Source: Pseudidiomarina andamanensis
GTDB lineage: Bacteria > Pseudomonadota > Gammaproteobacteria > Enterobacterales > Alteromonadaceae
DNA: 32,000 nucleotides
NCBI RefSeq assembly: GCF_009734345.1
Contig: NZ_CP032551.1
Location: 90,001-122,000, forward strand
Direction of reading: 5' to 3'
Of this stretch, positions 28,674 through 32,000 are shown one piece after another; the first letter of the stretch is position 1, and the number at the start of each line of letters is the position of its first letter. Both the position numbers and the translations under genes were made by a program. The notes below the pieces were generated by a model. The model was not told the DNA's origin, searched no databases, and saw nothing but the letters and a program-made list of their open reading frames with translations.

Positions 28674-29479
28674 AGGTGCGGATGAAGCAGTTGGTAGCCG
28701 GTGGCTCGCATTCGTGCATTGCTGAGCCGCTTGCTGCCGCGAGGCCCAACTTCATTGGTGCGCTTTAACCCGTCAATCGACACCCCAAGTTGCTGTGCAA
28801 TACGCGCATAGGCATCTTCTTGTAACAAAGGTTCGTTGTCGCTAACGATATAGATTTCTTGATGATGCTTAGGGTGCAGGAGTAAATAAGCAATAAATCC
28901 GGCCACATCGTCACTATGAATGCGGTTCGTCCAGGCTGGGGATATAACCGCACTGCCATTTTGAATTTGCTGCTTTAAGCGATCACGGCCTGGGCCATAA
29001 ATGCCTGAGCAGCGCAGCACCGAGACCTTCGCGGGGCTTCCGAGTATAACCAGCTCTGCTTGCAAGAGCATTGCACCACTATCGGTATCTGGAACAGTTG
29101 GGCTTGTTTCGTCGAGCCATTCACCATCACGTTGGCCATAAACACCGGTACTTGATATATAAAGAATTCGTGGTGGTGTATCTAGTTGATGCATCAAGTG
29201 CTGTAAATGCCGACACGGCACGACGTAACCTTGATGATAGCCATCGCGACTATAATTAGATGGTGTCAGGGTGATGACAATAGCGTCAAATTGATGCGCA
29301 AGTAATCTGCGCAAATCGTGCTCACTATTGGCATCGGCGCTAACTAATTCTACGCCTTCGACCGCCGTTTTCGTGGCAGGTGTACGACATGCACCAATGA
29401 CTTCCCAGCCAGCCTTTACCAGTAATGGTGCGGTGCGCTGGGCGATATCACCGTAGCCTAATAAAAGTACTTTGGGCAT
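28670..29479 (-). CDS. Atypical SDR / NAD-dependent epimerase-family protein (YeeZ-like)
   Basis: MPKVLLLGYGDIAQ Rossmann start, ISSTGVYG, LRCSGIYGPGR and NRIHSDDVA are colinear with E. coli YeeZ-type proteins. The ATG at 29479 lies 2 nt after the ZIP gene stop; the track ORF extends to 29500. Confidence 0.8.
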   Translation of the reverse strand: MPKVLLLGYGDIAQRTAPLLVKAGWEVIGACRTPATKTAVEGVELVSADANSEHDLRRLLAHQFDAIVITLTPSNYSRDGYHQGYVVPCRHLQHLMHQLDTPPRILYISSTGVYGQRDGEWLDETSPTVPDTDSGAMLLQAELVILGSPAKVSVLRCSGIYGPGRDRLKQQIQNGSAVISPAWTNRIHSDDVAGFIAYLLLHPKHHQEIYIVSDNEPLLQEDAYARIAQQLGVSIDGLKRTNEVGPRGSKRLSNARMRATGYQLLHPHL

Positions 29480-29481
29480 GT

Positions 29482-30261
29482 TTAAACAGCTCCTAACCAA
29501 ACATCCAAAAATAACATGACCACTAGGCCCACCATGAGACCAGCAGTTGCGCGACTATGATGACCGTGTCGATGTGTTTCGGGAATGATCTCATGACTAA
29601 TCACAAAAAGCATGGCGCCGGCGGCAAATACCAATCCCCATGGAAGTAATAACTCAGAGATATTCACGAATACGCCGCCGAACAAACCGCCAAGAGGTTC
29701 TATCAATCCGGTTAAAGCAGCGACTAAAAATGCTTTCATACGGCTGTAACCAACCGCAACGAGGCCCACAGCAACCGCAAGCCCTTCTGGAAGATTTTGT
29801 AATCCGATACCAAGTGCTAGTGAAAAGGCAGTTTCTTGCTGCCCACTACCATACGCCACGCCCACAGCTAAACCTTCCGGAAAGTTATGAATGGCAATGG
29901 CGAAAATAAATAACCAGACGCCGGCTACTTTGTCGCTGTTACGACCTTCGATTCCGCTAATGAAATGCTCGTGCGGCACCATCCGGTCAAACAGTGCGAT
30001 GGTAAAGGCGCCAAGTAATATACCAACAACCGCAATGGCAGCTGGCCACGGACCGGGTCCATAAATTTCTGTTGAAATATCAATTGATGGGACAATCAAT
30101 GAGAAAAAAGAGGCGGCGAGCATCACGCCCGCCGCAAAACCTAGTAGGGTATCGTTAAACCTTTCAGACGGCTTTTTTCCAATTAATATTGGAAGTGCCC
30201 CCACAGCTGTTAAACCACCAGTGATTGTACTCGCCAGTAACGCCGTGAGGACTAGCTCCAT
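29482..30261 (-). CDS. ZIP-family divalent metal transporter (ZupT/GufA-like)
   Basis: 259-aa polytopic protein with ZIP signatures HNFPEGLAVG, LQNLPEGLAV and SHEIIPETHRHGHH. Confidence 0.88.
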   Translation of the reverse strand: MELVLTALLASTITGGLTAVGALPILIGKKPSERFNDTLLGFAAGVMLAASFFSLIVPSIDISTEIYGPGPWPAAIAVVGILLGAFTIALFDRMVPHEHFISGIEGRNSDKVAGVWLFIFAIAIHNFPEGLAVGVAYGSGQQETAFSLALGIGLQNLPEGLAVAVGLVAVGYSRMKAFLVAALTGLIEPLGGLFGGVFVNISELLLPWGLVFAAGAMLFVISHEIIPETHRHGHHSRATAGLMVGLVVMLFLDVWLGAV

Positions 30262-30278
30262 GATTTATTCCTTAAGTA

Positions 30279-32000
30279 TTAATAACCTGCCGCATGACCA
30301 TCTTTACGGCTTTCTGATGCACCGTAATATACGCCTTCTTCATGATTACGCCAAATGGCTTGATAACCGCCATACGGTCCGACAGCTTCTTGCAGTGTAT
30401 GTCCCATTTTAATGAGTTCGCGACGTGTGCCGTCTGAGAAACCATTCTCTAAACTGACAACTCCGCCATCAGTCATGACTTCGCCTGTTGGTTGACTTGA
30501 ACCTGTATGGAGAATGCGCGGTGCATCACCTGCTTCTTGCAGGTTCATGCCAAAATCGATCATGTTGATAAGAATTTGAGCGTGCATTTGTGGTTGCGTT
30601 GCGCCACCCATCACGCCGTAACTCATAATCGGCTTGCCATCTTTGGTGACAAAAGCTGGGATGATGGTGTGAAACGGACGTTTGCCTGGCTCAAAGACAT
30701 TACGATGATTTTTATCGAGCGCAAATAATTCGCCACGGTTTTGAATCACAAAACCAAGACCAGTTGGCGTAATGCCTGAGCCCATGCCACGATAATTGCT
30801 CTGAATGAGGGAAACCATGTTGCCATCGGCATCTGCGGTGGTTAGGTAAATGGTATCGCCTTCGGTTGGCGGATTGCCCGGTTCAAACGATTTGCCAGCA
30901 CGATTCATATCAATTAATTTCGCGCGTTGTTTGGCGTAACCTTTGTCAAGTAAACCCTCTACCGGCACGTCGTTAAAATCAGGGTCAGAGTAATATTTCG
31001 CACGGTCTTCGAACGCGAGCTTTTTGGCTTCGACAAACAAGTGAATGTATTCAGGGCTATCAAAACCCATACTAGCAATATCGAAGTTTTCGAGAATATT
31101 CAGAATTTGCTGAGCAGCAATACCTTGCGTGTTCGGCGGTAACTCCCACAAATCGTAACCACGATAGTTGGTTGATACTGGGTTCACCCATGTCGACGAG
31201 TGGCTTGCAAGATCGTCGTAGCTTAAGAAGCCGCCGTGTTTTGCCACGAATGCATCGATGGTTTTGGCGATTTTGCCTTTATAGAACGCATCGCGGCCTT
31301 CTTTTGCAATGAGTTTGTAGGTGTTCGCGAGATCAGGGTTTTTGAACATTTTGCCTTTCTGTGGAGGCAGTCCATTTTTCATGAACACATCGGCAAAACC
31401 CGGCTGATTCTTCAGTACGTCGGCGTTACGTTCAAAATAGTAGGCAATCACTTCAGTCACAGGGAAGCCGTTTTCAGCATATTCAATTGCTGGCGCTAAC
31501 ACTTGTTCCATCGGCAATTTGCCGAACTTTTTGTGTAATTCGAACCAACCATCAACAGCACCTGGCACAGATAAAGGCAACACACCGCGCGCTGGAATAG
31601 ACTCGTAACCGTTCTCTAAAAAGTAATCTAAGCTGAGCGACTTCGGTGAACGACCAGAGGCATTCAATCCGTGCAGACGTTTGCCTTCGGCATCCCAAAC
31701 GATGGCAAATAAGTCGCCGCCGATACCGTTACCGGTCGGCTCAACAAGACCGAGAAGCGCATTGGCTGCAATCGCAGCATCAATCGCGTTGCCGCCTGCT
31801 TGCATAATATCGAGTGCAACTTGAGTTGCGAGAGGTTGGCTTGTTGCTGCCATTGCGTGTGGTGCCATGGCTTCTGAGCGGGTAGCAAAGTGATGGCCAG
31901 TAATGCGATCGGCCGCCACTGCGTTGATGCTTGCAGCGCCGCAACTAAGCGCCAAAAGGCAACTTGCCGCCGCCACTTTTGATTTCTGAACAAGATACTT
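30279..32000 (-). CDS. ggt: Gamma-glutamyltransferase family protein; the N-terminus probably lies beyond the window end
   Basis: GGT family: GGNAIDAA, EPTGNGIGGDLF, Ntn-type EGDTIYLTTAD, YGVMGGATQPQ. The frame stays open to position 32000 (…KYLVQKSKVAAASCLLALS looks like a signal-peptide n-region). The GTG at 31976 has no RBS. Confidence 0.88.
   Translation of the reverse strand, partial: KYLVQKSKVAAASCLLALSCGAASINAVAADRITGHHFATRSEAMAPHAMAATSQPLATQVALDIMQAGGNAIDAAIAANALLGLVEPTGNGIGGDLFAIVWDAEGKRLHGLNASGRSPKSLSLDYFLENGYESIPARGVLPLSVPGAVDGWFELHKKFGKLPMEQVLAPAIEYAENGFPVTEVIAYYFERNADVLKNQPGFADVFMKNGLPPQKGKMFKNPDLANTYKLIAKEGRDAFYKGKIAKTIDAFVAKHGGFLSYDDLASHSSTWVNPVSTNYRGYDLWELPPNTQGIAAQQILNILENFDIASMGFDSPEYIHLFVEAKKLAFEDRAKYYSDPDFNDVPVEGLLDKGYAKQRAKLIDMNRAGKSFEPGNPPTEGDTIYLTTADADGNMVSLIQSNYRGMGSGITPTGLGFVIQNRGELFALDKNHRNVFEPGKRPFHTIIPAFVTKDGKPIMSYGVMGGATQPQMHAQILINMIDFGMNLQEAGDAPRILHTGSSQPTGEVMTDGGVVSLENGFSDGTRRELIKMGHTLQEAVGPYGGYQAIWRNHEEGVYYGASESRKDGHAAGY

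Overview
This window is a mid-GC gammaproteobacterial chromosome segment. The synteny ybgC-tolQRAB-pal-cpoB, tRNA-Lys, nadA matches the E. coli order; a marine Alteromonadales-like origin is only a guess. It is almost entirely housekeeping. On the plus strand: ccmC (3' part), ccmDEFGHI, mlaA, a POT peptide transporter, galU and an orphan XRE-type HTH gene. Then cmoB-cmoA on the minus strand, followed on the plus strand by aspS, ruvC-ruvA-ruvB, ybgC-tolQ-tolR-tolA-tolB-pal-cpoB, two identical tRNA-Lys(UUU), nadA (interrupted by a 1-nt frameshift) and gltB-gltD. The window ends with a tightly packed minus-strand cluster: ggt, a ZIP metal transporter and a YeeZ-like SDR. I see no defence island, prophage, integron, CRISPR array or other multi-gene accessory system, and I do not claim one. 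The unexplained signal is non-coding. (1) A family of about 120-147 bp MITE-like elements has terminal inverted repeats built from CGTTATT heptads. There are three copies, and two near-identical copies in inverted orientation bracket ruvB and split ruvA from ruvB. (2) A candidate small RNA of about 110 nt lies on the minus strand between ruvB and ybgC, with a near-consensus sigma70 promoter and a canonical intrinsic terminator. (3) FadR-box-like palindromes sit upstream of the ybgC thioesterase gene. (4) A perfect 27-bp palindrome and a hexamer microsatellite lie in the cmoB 3' region. All functional readings of these are inference from sequence alone.
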